Assembly: GCF_036321535.1 (NCBI RefSeq)
Contig: NC_087444.1
Location: 75,082,001-75,146,000, forward strand
Length of the DNA: 64,000 nucleotides
Origin: Camelus dromedarius
Lineage: Eukaryota
Reading direction: 5' to 3'
Shown: piece after piece, positions 1 to 12,740 of the stretch
Layout: the number at the start of each line of letters is the position of its first letter
How positions within the stretch are numbered: position 1 is the first letter of the stretch
Position numbers and translations under genes: made by a program
The notes under the pieces: model-generated
Database searches by the model: none
The model's input: the letters and a program-made list of their open reading frames with translations, nothing else
What the model was told of the DNA's origin: nothing

Positions 1-2172
1 GGTGAGGGAATCAGCATTTCCTTGATCAGCGTCAGTGAAGGGGGTGGGGGTGGAAGACGCCCTAAACCTCAGATTCTTACTCCGTCAAACAGGGACTGAA
101 AATCCTTCTCTAATAAGATTTCTATGAGGACTTAAGGAATAGATTCACTCCTTCATTCATCCCAAAAGGACAGCTCACAGGTATTGATCATGTTCTGGGC
201 ACCAGGTCCTGTCCGAAGCTTTATAAACCTGTGGACTCCCGAAATCAGCATCTTGACCCTGTAAGAGCGCTACTCTGATCATGCCCATTGATGAAGCAAT
301 TTGAAACTCAGAGAGGTAAAGTCACTCACCAGAGGTCACACAGCGAGTCAGTGGTAGTCAGGACTTGAGCAGTCTGACCCCACTAATCCATCCAATTATG
401 TTTATTGATTACCTGTCAGGGGAATGGTACCAAAGTGAGAAAGGTGAAGGAGACGAAGACCCCCACCTTGGAGGCATAGACTTTCCTGTGGGCGGGACCG
501 ATATTTGAATGCGGAGGAGCCAACGTTCTGGGGAGGGGCCGACATTCGAGTGGGCGGGGCCAACCTTCCAGAGGAGGGGTTGACATTATCCTTCAGAGCT
601 CACAGTCTCCACTTCCACACCATACTCTGTCTCTATAAGTCCTGACCGAGCACACAGTAGGTACAAATCTCCCCCATCCCCTGGGATCCAAGCATGCCTG
701 ACAACGGCTGCCTCTGTGTTCACAGCCTAGGAAAGGCAGTCCTGAACAGCAGGCTCCCACAGAAAGATATTTACCTCCCAGGCAGGAGGGAGGCAATTAC
801 GTGCTCTTAATCACTACCTCTGTTTCTCTCAGCAAGGAGGGTGGGGGGCGCCCCTAACCTGGCCTGGTTTGAGCTGTTCCCAGCCGTGGGAGACAGACAG
901 ACTGTCTTCAAGTGTCGGAAAATAGCTGTCACCCCCTGACACCTGAAACCTTCCCCCTGCGGCTGCCAAGTCATAGGTTCTATTCCTGTTGCCTGAGCAC
1001 CTGAATGCTTTCTTATCCTCGTGCAGCCTTGCTGGGGTGGAGACTTACTTGCTCGAGGTCTCAGGTGGGGTCAAGATGTCAGGGTTGGGATTCAAACTCA
1101 GCACCATGGGAGTCCCAGCCAGCTGTGCTGTGGGTCTCCTGGTTCCCAATCTCGTTCATGTGGAATAAAATAAAGGAAGGGCAACATGACAGCCTTGCAC
1201 TCTTGTCTGTTTCATTGCTTCTGTGTCCTTCATGCCTGGGATGCGTTCTGTGATGAATGATGTCCTGTCTCACCCTTCTCTGTCTCATACTAACCATTGA
1301 CGTGGGTTTATAGAGTATTAATGGAATCATTCACTTGAAAATGAGGACCCCTTTGTATGCTTCCTCTCTGGAGAGGGGTGTGATGCTGGGGACTCTGGAG
1401 GAGTCAGACTAGGACCCGGATCTCAAAGAGGCCACAGGCTGGCCGCAGAGATGGGCATGGATGGTGAGAACCAAGGTGGTCATGGCTGTGACAGAGCAGT
1501 ACCAGGTCTGTGGTGCCCAGAGCTCAAGGGGAAACCTATGTGAGGTAGAACTGGGGGCTCTGATGGACCACAGTGGAGGAACAGGCTGAGGGTCTGGGAC
1601 TTTGTCCAGGGGCACTGGGGAGCCATGGGAGGTGTGTGAGCAGGAGAGGGGTAGTGCCAACCCTGGGTATAGAAAGGCCCCTCTGGGGACCTGTAGGGGT
1701 GGACAGAGACCAAGAGAAGACTGAGGGGAAGGGTCTAGGGAAAGAGGAATAGGCCTGAGCAGGGCCAGGCTGCGGGATGGAGAAGGGGAGTGTGGTAAGA
1801 AGCCGAAAGTGGGGAGGGAGGGAGGGAGTGAATGTAGGCAGAGGCTGGTGATGGGTCCCCCTCTCCTCTCCCCTCCTCTCACCACCCCTACCCCCAATCC
1901 CTCAACAGAAGCCACAGGTTGAAGCCTGGCAGAGCAGAGACCCACAGTCCCTTCCTGAGCCCGCTCCTTCCTATTTCCCCACCACTGGCCCCACCCCTCC
2001 CCCTACAGTCTGGCCACTCCCTCCAGGCCTGTCTTTTGACCATCCTGGGTCCAGACCTCCCCTATCCCTGAGGCCTGCCCCCAACTTCCTACCCTCCCTG
2101 ACCCCAGAGACAAACTCACCAGTTGATTGTGTGGCCTTCAGAGAGCCTCCAACTGCCAGTCTAGGAAATGGG

Positions 2173-2602
2173 TGTATTGGTTTGCTATGGCTGCTGTAAC
2201 AAGTTCCCACTTTGGTAGATTAAAGCAACACACATTTAGCTCATGATTCTGGGGGTCAGAGGTCCTAAATAGGTGTCTCTGGGCTCTAGAGGAGCCTCCA
2301 TCTCTTTTCCTTTCCCAGCTCCTGGAGGCCGCCCCTTTTCATGGCTCACGACTCCATCCTCAGTCTACAAAGCCCGCAGGTAGCGTCTTCAAATCTCTCT
2401 CTTCCTCCCTCTTCCACGTATCAGGATGCTGGTGACTATAATGGGCTGACCTGGATAATCCAGGACCATTTCCCTCTTTTAGGGTCATCTGACTAGCAGT
2501 CTTCATTCTAGCCTTCATTCCCCTTTGCCATATAAGGTGACTTCCCCACAGGTTCCGGGAATTAGGGCATGGACACATTTGGGGCCATGAATCTCCCTAC
2601 TA
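2173..2602 (-). mobile_element. MaLR (MLT1-type) solo LTR
   Basis: Starts tgtattggtttgctatggctgctgtaaca and ends ...ggccatgaatctccctactaca, typical MLT1 termini; subfamily not resolved. Confidence 0.7.
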
Positions 2603-5174
2603 CAGTGGGCATGGAGTTCCCTACTCACACTCATCCATCCATTTATTCAGCAATATTCTTTGAGCACCTACTATGTGCCAGGCATAGTCTCTATCCACCC
2701 CCACGGGGCCCCAGAGGGGTCCTTCTAAACCCACTGTTGACCCTACCCCTCTTCTGCTCACACACCTCCCATGGCTCCCCAGCGGCAATGGACAAAGTTC
2801 CAGGACGAAAACCCCGACTTCTATGGAATTTCTCCATTTCAGCATTGGGGCAGGGGAGAGGGGTGAAGACAATTAAACAAAGTCAAAAATGAAAACCAAT
2901 ACATGATCATCAGTGCTACGGCGGGGAAAAGAGGAGAGCAAGTGATGAGGGGTGCTGCTGTCAGACACTTGGAAGAGGGGACCTTGAGCAGAGATCTGAA
3001 TGATATGAGGCTGGCTAGGAGGGTGCGTGGGAAAGGGCATCCTAGGCAGGGGGCACAGCGAGTGCAAAGGCCTGAAGGCGGGAGTGTGACGGACGGTTAA
3101 GGAACAGCGGGGAGGGTGATGGGGATCCCTTGGGGGGATCCTATATGGAGGTTAGCTTTTAACCTCATCTTCTTCCTGGTCTGTCTCCAGGCCATTGGCT
3201 GTAAAAGCAAATATGTCCTGAGGCCTCCTGAGCACCTGGTCCTAAGCCGGGGGTTACTGGGGACATAGATATGAGTCAACCCTCCGGGTGGCTCCCAGGC
3301 TGGCACAGGAGACAAGGCACAGACAGTTCCAGTCTGGAGAGATTAAAGGGATCAGTAGAAGGGAAAGAGGCTGTAGGAGGACTCTGCCTGGAAAAGTCAG
3401 GGAGGGCTTCCTGGAGGAGGGGAACATTTGCCTTGGGAATTGATGTCTGAGTTTGCCATCTGGAGATGGGAATACATGCATTCGTTCATTTATTTTATGA
3501 ACACACCATGATGCAGTGTGGGTTGGTTGTTCAAGGGTGATTCATTCATTTATTCATTCTATATGTATTGGTTTAGGCAAAATCATCCAATGGTTAAGAC
3601 TTCAGATCCTGGAGTCAGTCAAGCTGGATTCTTTTCTCAGTTGTTTCATTTACATGATGGCTCAGTTATGTAAGTTTGCCTCTGCTTTCCCCCTTGATAA
3701 AATGAGGACAGCAAGAGTACCATCCTCACAGGGTTCTTGGAAGAATAAATTAACATGGTGCATGTGAAGGTCATAGAACACTGCTAACACTTAGTTCCTG
3801 CCCTTGGCTTAGCTCGAACCCCGTCTCAGAGACCCTACATTCAATGAAGGTGATATTTGATTAGTCTAGTCAGGTGAGCAGTAGTCAGAGAAGGGTTTCT
3901 GGGGATGGTGGCCCTCATTTGGGTTTTGAAGCATGAGTAGGAGTTTGTTGGCCGAAGTGATAGGGCAAAGTGGTCCAGAATGAGGAAATAGCATGGACAA
4001 AGGCTGAGTGTGTGCATGTGTGCATGAAACTAAGTGGCTTGTTCTAGGAACTCCAGAGCAGAAGGAAGGGAAGTGGTAAGCTAGGCAGCTGGTGATGTGG
4101 GTGGGGCCACCACAGGGAGGGCAGCAAATGCCAGGCTGAAGGGCTCAGACCTTATCCTGGGGTGGTGGGGGGTGGGAGGGGCGATGGGAAGACAGCACCC
4201 AGGCCAACAAGCTAATCCTTTAGGCCACAGATGGGGAGAGTGTGGCCCATGCTCAGACCCTTTGTGGTGGCCCCTCTGATTTCTCTCCATTTGTGAGCTG
4301 CCCACACCTCCCCATCTCTGGTCCTCGAGGGGAGATGAGGCTGCCAGCTCCTGCTCAGACACCCTGGAAGACGCCTGCCTCCCACTCATTGGTGAGCTCA
4401 GGACAACGAGGGAACAGAATGTGTAAGCTGAGGTCTGAGAACAGAGCAGGACCCCCTGTGTTCCCATCCCAGGTGTGAGTGCAAATCCAGGCTGGGTCTC
4501 TGCTTTGCCTGCTTTGACTTTGAGCAAGTGCCTGTCCCTTGCTGAGCTTCAGATTCTCTGTCTGAAAGGTGGAGCTGGTAAGAGTAGCCGTCTCGTGGGG
4601 CTTAGCACAGCCAGGACCCAGCAGTCCTTGAAGGATACAGGTTTCCTGAGAGAATGCAGGAGGACAGCAGGGGTGAAGGGCATGGAACTGGAGCGACAGG
4701 CTATTTCTGGGAATGGTTTGATGCGATGATGTGATGATAAGGACAGGGTAAGGGGTGCAGGGGAGAGTGGGCCAGACCACCCAGGATCTCCACCCCAGGC
4801 TGAGGGGCTGGGACTTTGGCCAGGGGTACTGGGGAGCCATGGGAGGCCTGTGAGCAGGGGAAGGGGCAGGTCCACTCTGGAGCCGTGGCTCAGATGGACT
4901 GGAGAGGATGATTGGAGGCAGGGAGGCCCAGGAGGAGGCTGAGAGTCCAGCCAGGTGAGGTGGAGGCCTGAGCTGGGCCAGGGTGATGCGGACAGGGTGG
5001 AGGCGGCAGGGCAGAAGGATCAGAGTGAGACTGTGGGAGGTGAGGGGAAGGATGGGGAGGGCCAGCGCCCCAGGTGTGGGTGGATGGTGAGGCCGTCCCT
5101 GAGATGGAGGACCAGGAGAAGTTTGAGGGGATGGGAATTGCTAACCTGGAGACCTGTGGGGTCCCCACAGCACC

Positions 5175-6182
5175 ATTCAGCCCACGGAGGACCCTTCGGA
5201 GACTTGGCAGCCATCACCTGCCCGAGCCCTGTGCCCACTGGGGGCTGCCCTCTTCCTCCTCTACTCCCTGGCCCCCCTCACCTCCTCCCTCCTGGAGGCG
5301 GTCAGCTACAGCCTGGTGATCCAAGTGGCAGGACCTCTCCTGCCTTCCCCTCTGTCGGTCACCTGGTTCGGCCACCAGACCCTGACCGATGCCGCCTTCA
5401 CCATCCTCCTGCCACTGACCCTCACCTGGACGCACTCTGGCTGGCCCCTGGGTGACACCTTCTGCCACCCGGATCCCAGCCTCGCCTTCCTCACCTTCTA
5501 GGCCAGCGGCTGCCTGCTGACCCGCACGGCCACCGACCACTAGACCTCTGTGCTCCAGCCCACCTGGGCGCTGAAGCACCGTGTGGCCCAAGGGCAGGTT
5601 TCTGGGGCGGTGGGTTCTGGCTCTTTCTGCTGGTCCTGGGCACGCCAGCCCTGAGAGCCCTGGGGAGCCAGGTGAACAGAGTGGACCCTTATAACAGGAC
5701 AGCAAGGGAGAGGCTCAGCCCGGTGGGGAGCCTCCCCACCCACCCTCCAGCCCTGCACTGAGTCAGCTGGTGTTTGGCTTTTTTAGGGAGCAGCGCATCT
5801 TCCATGGCCTCCCAAAGGCCAGGCTGCAGCTGGCAAGGCCCACAGGGAGGCCCCGGCTGCTGGGGATGCCCTGGGCCACAGGGGCCGTGCTGCTTCTCTG
5901 CTCAGTCCCCTTCCACCTGCTGCTTCTGTTGCTGTGGTTGGGGACGCGAGAGGCCGGGCTAGACATGACGGAGGTTTGTGTGCTGCTGAGACCCCTGGGG
6001 CTCGCCTGGGGGGGGCCAGTGGCTGCCTCAACCTTCTGCTCTACGTGTGCGGGGACCAAGCCTTCAGGCAGTGCCTGTGCAGGGCCCTCTGGTCCTGCCA
6101 AGGTTGGGGGGAGTCTGAGGAGGAGGAGATGGGTGGGATCAGATACCTAGGACGAAGCCCCAGGCATACTGTGAGGACCTGA
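5175..6182 (+). pseudogene. Decayed class A GPCR of the chemoattractant-receptor group (GPR32/FPR/CMKLR-like) at the GPR32 position
   Basis: One frame from cacc-ATT (5175) gives TM1-TM3-like text: LFLLYSLAPL..LVIQVAG, VTWFGHQTLTDAAFTILLP, WPLGDTFC, F*ASGCLL, D-H-* in place of DRY/DRC, SVLQPTWALKHR. In-frame TAGs at 5499-5501 and 5541-5543. After frameshifts: QLVFGFF (TM5), LLLCSVPFHLL (TM6), ASGCLNLLLYV (degenerate NPxxY). Orthology to GPR32 is positional only. Confidence 0.8.
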
Positions 6183-7059
6183 AGGGAAATTCCTGGGTGG
6201 TTGGGGACATTTTGGGGGATGGGAAGGGGTGTCTCCTATCTCCTCAAACTTCGGAGACGGTGAGATGCTGAGAGAGAGAGAGGTGTAGAGAGGGGGGCGG
6301 CCACCAGAGAGAAGGGACAGGGACCCAGAGAGAAAGCAGGCAAAGCGGAAGAAGAGATGTGCAGAGGGTCAAACAGGCGCCAACACAGATGTGATGGAGT
6401 CACAGAGACGCGGTGGCAGACGGAGGCCAAGGCGGGGAGAGGAGATGAGGGACAGGTCAGGCTTGGGGAGGGACCAGGTGGGAGACGAGGCAGAAAAAGA
6501 TACAAAGACCCAGCAGGAGATGGAGACAGAACTAGTCTCCAACTGAACAAGAGGAGAACGAGTGGGGAGAGACAGACAGACGGACATGGACCTGGATCTA
6601 AAGACAGGATAGACAGGGGATAGGAATTTGGAACGCGGGTGACCAACCACCCCAGTTATCCCGGGACAGAGCAATACAATAGCTGGGAGATGGGACTTTC
6701 AGAGCTAAACCCGGGAAAGCCTCATGCACAGCGGGATGCCTTTGTCCCGTAGGTGGAACTGATTAACGGGCCAGCACTTGGGCTACCGGATTTTCTGAGT
6801 CCCCAGGACACCAGTCATTTGTCTTCTCTGGCTGCCTTTTGAAATATGCACATGCCCCTTAACCATCCCTCCGGTGCCCCCTGCCCCTGGGAAATGCTGT
6901 TTGCCATTGTTGGATTTCAAACTGCCAAACGTTTCCAAACTAAAGGTTAATTTTTGCTCCATGTTCTGAGTCGTTTGATGTATCCATGGAGCTACCTCAG
7001 AAATGCACTGAGCTCCAAGGGGGAAAATCTATCTCTCCCATCTTTGGAAAACGCATTAC

Positions 7060-7215
7060 AGTGATGCCTCTTGACCTGTCTGTGCATTAGAATCTCTGGG
7101 GGAGCTTTTAAAATCCAATCGATGTCCAGGCCCCATCCCCAGGCTTCGTGGTTTAAGTGGTCCAGGGCTCTGAGAATTTCAAAAGCTCCCCAGAGATTCC
7201 CACAGGCAGCGGGCT
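7060..7215. mobile_element. MER5A-like hAT-Charlie MITE
   Basis: tgcattagaatctctggggagct...ccaggccccatcccca...tttcaaaagctccccag..gattc matches the recalled MER5A pattern. Confidence 0.65.
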
Positions 7216-9051
7216 AAGCACCGTCCATCTTCAAGTGCCTGTGGTTGTGCAAATGCAACCTTGAGTGCTCCCAGGGGACTGAAAAACCCAGCACGAAATG
7301 GCTGAAAACACTGGAGGTGGGTGTGGGGAGGAGGGACCCAAAGACCGACTTCTTTTTCTGTGTTTATTTGTTTTACAAACATGAATAGCCAAGACCCAAG
7401 CTTGGGGTTCAGCAGGAGTCAGATCCTATTCTGTGCACTCCCACCCTCATGCTCCCAGTCACAGCCAGGAAGGGTGGGAGGGAAGGTAGTGGGAATGGAG
7501 GAGGGCAGGATAGGCAAGCAGCTTCCATCTGATTATAGGAAGCCTTCCAGGGGTAGCTGACAAAACAGAAGTGGGAAAGGGCACTTCAGACTGTGAGCCA
7601 CAGCATGTGCAAAGGCACTGGGGTGGTTTATCCCCCCACTACCTCTGACTAATATGTTGTTAAGGATATGCTACACAGGGGGTGTAGGAGGTGGGTGAGA
7701 TTTTTTTAAAAAAGACTGGAGGACATCAGGTCACACGCAGTTTCCAATGCCCTGCTGAGAGGCTGGGACTCGTCCCAGAGGGGCTGTGGGGAGCTGTGAG
7801 CTGAAAAGTACGGGTCAGCTCTGCTTGTAGAACGACTCCTGTGAGGACTGGGGGACAGAGATAGGGGGCAGGGCTATGGTCCAGGGAGAGAGAAAGGTCT
7901 GGGAGAGGGGACGAAGCCTCAAGGACCCCTCTGTTGCCCTTGACTCAGAATTCTGCTTTTGGGGAAACCAGCTTCCCTGCTGGAGCCCGGCAGGCCAACT
8001 TCTGTCTGGGAACATGGTCCAACACCGCTCCCGTGTGGTTACTCTTAGTTTTGCAACCAAGGTCTCCTATAAGTAAGACTATCTTCCAAATGAGACTGCT
8101 TTTGAGAATTAGAGGTTGCTATTGTCAATTATGCTGAAACAACTGGCTCCAAATATTTGTAACCTGCAAACCAAGGTTATATTGAGGCTATAAATATGTT
8201 TCTAATTAGAATTTGCTAGGCCTTTCCTGGGAAACCAGGATGTTCAGTGACCCTACTCAGAGGCTGCCTTTTCAGCTCTTGAGTTGAAATGAAACTGTTT
8301 ATCTGATCAGAAAGTGGATGAAGCTCAACCAAAGGCTGGGGTGTCACCCAGGGCACTTCACCCACTGGGAGGGGAGACAAGGAGTGGGTAGGAGGTGGCT
8401 AGTGAGGGAACAGGTAACTGACTGTGTGTCTGGAGGTCTGGATACTTCTACAGTAAGAAGCATTTACGGTGGGTATTGAAGGCAGAACAGGAGTTTTCTA
8501 AGAAAAGAGGAAGATGTGTGGATACAATATAGCAATGAAGACGGCAACCAGAGACCCTGTGCAGCTTGAAAATTCTATTCACATCTTTGATCTCAGGGTG
8601 TCCTTGCTATGGCCTTTGGGGGCCCACTGGACCAAGGTTAAGGAACAAATCTGAAGCGCACAGCAGCTGTCTTGGCAGCAGGTGGTGAGTCAGCCCTGCT
8701 CCTTCTCCTCTCTGTGCTCCTGCACCCAAAGTTGGACTGTCCTTTCCCGTCTCTAAATGTTCCTGACAGACTCCTACTCATCCCTCAAAACTGAATTCAG
8801 ATTCTAGGCTCTAGCCTCCAACCTGAGAGCCCCAGCCATTTGCCCCTACTTTCCCCAGACCCGGGAGTCCAGGCCTCCTCTCTCTGACCCAGACACCTGG
8901 CCCTCAGACAGAGCTGGCCTGAGGCTGTGTGCCTGCTAGGGTGGGGAGACGGAGCAGGATGTGCTGATTCAGTTACATTTATTTGGTCTCAGAGGCCAGA
9001 GCCATGGTCCAGGAAGAGGCGGGGCTCTTGGATCAGGGATCTTGTGTCTTC

Positions 9052-9359
9052 TCATTGTTGAGCCTAAGAGAGGAAAAGAGACAGAGAGATACACAGAAAC
9101 ATGGGAGAGAAAGAGACAGCCAATATGGTAAAATGAAGGCCAAATCAACGGAGCTCCAGCCTACCCCCTCTGCCCTCTTCCCACTCACCTTGTTGAAGAA
9201 GTAGATGGAGGCGAGGATGGTGAATACGGCTATGGCCAGGGTCACATTCTGGGTGGAGGGGTCAGAGGTCAGGTCCCGTTCCCTCTCTTCCCTCCCCCTG
9301 ACCCCTGCCCGGGGCCTCCCTCCCCCTGCTGGGCCCCTCCTCACTTCCTGAAAGTTCAT
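9052..9359 (-). CDS. SMIM47: Small integral membrane protein 47 (28 aa: MNFQENVTLAIAVFTILASIYFFNKAQQ)
   Basis: Coding exons 9345-9359, 9189-9248 and 9052-9063 with canonical GT-AG phase-0 junctions; one hydrophobic helix; AATAAA at 8978-8983 (-). Matches the recalled human SMIM47 peptide and its position before ACP4. Confidence 0.88.
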
Positions 9360-10438
9360 GGCCATGGGTTTCAGCTGAAGAGCTGCTTGACCTCCCTTTC
9401 CCTTTCCTGGACCTCTCAGCCAGAGAAGGAAGATCCGTCAGCAGAACCTGAGAGGGGGTTGCCCGGGAGACCAGAATGGCAGCCATGGTGATGACAGAAG
9501 GGCATCCTGGGTAGAGGGGACCCTGGGGCAGAGGCTTGGGTGAAGGGGCATGCAGAATGTCACAGGGGGATATCTGAACTTGGGATGGGACATTTGAGAT
9601 CAAAGAGCTCAAACCTGCAACCCTACACTGAAGTGTTTGTCCTTCCTCCCCACCACCACTGTGGAGGGTGCTGGGGAGCCATGGGAGGCCTGGGAGCAGG
9701 GGAGGGAGGGGGTCAGCTCTGGGTGCCAGAAATATGTCAGAGCAGGTGGAGGCTGGAGGCCAGCAGAGCAGGTGAAGTGGCCTGGGCAAAATTTCCTCCA
9801 GTACAAGATGGAGAGACGTAGCAGTGATTAACCTGAGCATCCCAGAGCCTGGCTGCCAGTTTTGGGGGCAGGAGCAGCAGTTGTAACAGTAGGAATCGTG
9901 GCAAAGGCAGCAGCTTCCTGATCTCTGGGCCACAGGGACAGTGACACGCCCTTGTCTCCCACAGCCCTCCAGCGGCCCCTGACTTCTGCTCAGCCAGCCC
10001 TCCTGACAGTTTTGTAGACACCTATGTTTCTTTCTGTCCATCACACCTTTAGAACTAACTTCCAGGTTACCTGAGATACAGAGGGCAGCGGAGCAAGGGC
10101 TGTCAGCCCTCCTTCTCCGCAGTTCCATCTCTGCATGGAGTGCTAAAATTTTGAGTCTCAAAAGGTGCACATTCCCAGCTGAGGTCGATCAAGGTGATGC
10201 TTCTCTGCTCTCGGGCTTTAGATCTTCAGCAGAGGGAGGTCCAGAGGCCGGAGACTGGAGCAGGTGGTGCTCAGTGAGGAGCTCCCGCTCTGGGGCCAGT
10301 GGGATGGGTTTGAACCCCAGCTCTGGCACCTGCGAGTGGGGTGGCCTTAGGCAAATTTCCTAGTTTGTAAAATAAAATTAAAAAAAGGAATCTACCAGAA
10401 TGAGTATTTTTTTAGGATTTAAGATTATAATCCATGTG

Positions 10439-10480
<42 letters not shown>
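10439..10480. repeat. (CA)n microsatellite
   Basis: Perfect CA run of about 20 units. Confidence 0.97.
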
Positions 10481-10482
<2 letters not shown>

Positions 10483-11104
10483 TTTCCCCAGCAGCAATGA
10501 TTCCGTATTTGCTAATCCCGCGTTCCCAGTGACTTTATACAACGCAAATCCTGGAAAGGATAAGAATCGCCTATTACCTTTGGGCACCAACTAGAAAATT
10601 CCAGAAGGCAAAATATTCAACAGGGCAACTGGCATGGTCTCTCCAAGTCCTTGTCCCAAAACAAAATAAAACAAAACAAAACAAAATCAAAGCAAGTGGA
10701 CTCGCTATATTTAAACAAATGCATAAGAGACATACGGCCAGATTTGGTGGGTGACCCTGAACTGGGTTCTGGTTTGGATAAACCAGCTGTAAAAGATATC
10801 TGGGGAGATATCAGGGACCTCTGAAAGGAGTGGGTATAGATGAGGTGAAAGTGTTATTGACACAAAAATGAGGAGATTGTTACAAAATTGCACGTGAGTT
10901 GTGATCTCACTTGTGTAAAAAAAGTACACATATGGAAAAAATGTGCATTTAAAAATCTGGAAGGGTGTTCTTTCTCAGCATTGCAGCAGGAAGCAGCAGA
11001 CGCAGCTCAAAAGGGTTTAATTGGAGAGAGTCCAATGCAGGGTCCATGCTCAGAGGTGGCAGGACAGTGCAGCACTGGGCTTAGCAAAATCGGGGAGCTG
11101 TGAC

Positions 11105-11705
11105 CACCCAGTCGGGGCTGAACTGAGTCCCCCAAAAAGACTGGTTTGAGTCTTCATCCCTGTTACCTGTGAATGTGACTTTATTTGGAAATAGGGTCTT
11201 TGTGGATGTAAATCAACTTAAGATCCGGTCATAACTGGTGTCCCAGAAGAGACCCAGAAACAGACACACGGAGAAGGCCACGTGACCACAAAGTCCGGAC
11301 TGATGCTTCTATAAGCCAAGGGTTGTCAGTAACACCGGAAGCTGGGGACGGGCAGGGAATAGCTCCTTCCTTGCAGCCCTCAGAAGGGACCAACCCTGCC
11401 GACACCTTGAGTTTTTCTCTTCTTTTTTCTTTTTTGGTTTGTTTATTATTGTTGTTTTTTAGCAACAGGATTTTTTTGGTGGGGGGAGGTAACTAGGTTT
11501 ATTTATTTATTTATTAATGGAGGCACTGGGGATTGAACCCAGGACTTGGTGCATGCTAAGCATGTGCTCTGCCACTGAGCTCTACCCTCCTTCTCCCCAC
11601 CCCCCTCTTCTGAGAACGTGATTTTGAAATTCTGGCCTCCAAAACTGGGAGACGATAGTTTCTGGTGTCTAAGCCAGCCAGCTTGTGGTCGTTTATTAGC
11701 AGGTC
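11105..11705 (+). mobile_element. MLT1 LTR interrupted by a SINE
   Basis: gaatgtgactttatttggaaatagggtctttg and ctggcctccaaaactgggagacgatagtttctggtgtctaagcc halves lie on either side of the SINE at 11470-11595. Confidence 0.75.
11470..11595 (-). mobile_element. tRNA-derived SINE of camelid type
   Basis: tRNA-like head (gctcagtggcagagc...ggttcaatcccc), (AAAT)n, acctagttacctcccc tail. The same family recurs elsewhere in the window. Confidence 0.85.
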
Positions 11706-12096
11706 AATACACACCCCTAGGGATCAAAAGGCAGGGAGAGATCCATGTCACCAGAACCTCAAGGGTCAGGGGCCCCGGAGGAAGCTACGCTACCATCAGG
11801 GCCCTGCATCCTTGGAGCTACTGCTTCCATCAGTGGCTGACCCCAGCAGGGACCCCGAGAGCAGGGGGGCCAGGACGCAGCTGAAGACAGAGGCTTCCTC
11901 TAGGGCACAGAGCAGGACGAGGAAGGGTGAGAAGTGGGTAAGAGGGGTGCAGAAAGCCACTCGTGTTTTCCTGTGTGGTGAGCTGAATAACGGCCCCAAG
12001 CTGCCCACACCCTAATCCAGAACTTCTGAGTATTTCCCTCTCGTGGCTTAAGGGACATTGCAGAGGTGATTACGTCAAGGACCTTGCGAGATGGGG

Positions 12097-12440
12097 CTTG
12101 TCTTACTTAGTCTGTTCAGGCTGCTATAACACAATACCGCAGACGAGGTGGCTTATAAACGACACCAATATATTTCTTACAGTTCTGAAGGCTGGAGGTC
12201 CAAGATCAAGGCACTGGCAGATCCGGTGCCTGGTGAGAGCCTGGCTTATCGATGGCCAATTTCTCAATGTGCCCTCATGAGGTGGAAGAGGCCAGGGAGC
12301 TCCTGGGTTCTCTGTTATAAGGGCACTAATCCCACTCATGAGGGCTCCACCCTCCTGACCTAATCACCTCCCAAAGGTCCCACCTCCTAATACCACCACC
12401 TTGGAGATTAGGGTTTCAACATACCAATTTTAGGGGGACT
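12097..12440 (-). mobile_element. MLT1A-type LTR nested in an MLT1 cluster (about 12000-13240)
   Basis: tgtcttacttagtctgttcagggctgctataaca...gggtttcaacata..aattttaggggga termini. Confidence 0.7.
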
Positions 12441-12467
12441 CAGGAAGTGGGCTGACAAGATATCTTT

Positions 12468-12740
12468 TTAAAAAATTGAAGTATAGTCAATTTACAATGT
12501 TGTGTCAGTTTCTGGTGTACAGCATAATGTTTCAGTCATACACGTACATACACGTATTCCTTTTCATATTCTTTGTCATTATGGGTTACTACAAGGTATC
12601 GGATATATTCCTCTGTGCAACAAGGTACAAAATTGTCACCTATTTTATATACAGTAGTTAGTATCTGCAAATCTGGAACTCCCATTTTATGCCTTCCCAC
12701 CCCACCCTTTCTCCCCTGGTAACCATGAATTTGTTTTCTA
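12468..12740 (-). mobile_element. 5'-truncated L1 3' end with target-site duplication
   Basis: attgaagtatagtcaatttacaatgttgtgtcagtttctggtgtacagc; flanked by tgacaagatatcttt (12453) and tgacaagacatcttt (12741). A related L1 3' end lies at about 37510-37710. Confidence 0.8.

Noticed and set aside
1096-1115. REST/RE1-like tcagcaccatgg
   Set aside because: Only the left half matches, and it sits in a MIR fragment.
1600-9710. Recurrent motif ggggagccatgggagg..gagcagg (about 1615, 2765 reverse, 4830, 9670)
   Set aside because: It matches common LINE-2 remnant sequence, so these are dispersed old repeats rather than a new element.
9262-10170. 302-aa minus-strand ORF
   Set aside because: It has no domain features, crosses an L2 fragment and the SMIM47 5' region, and has no supporting splice structure.
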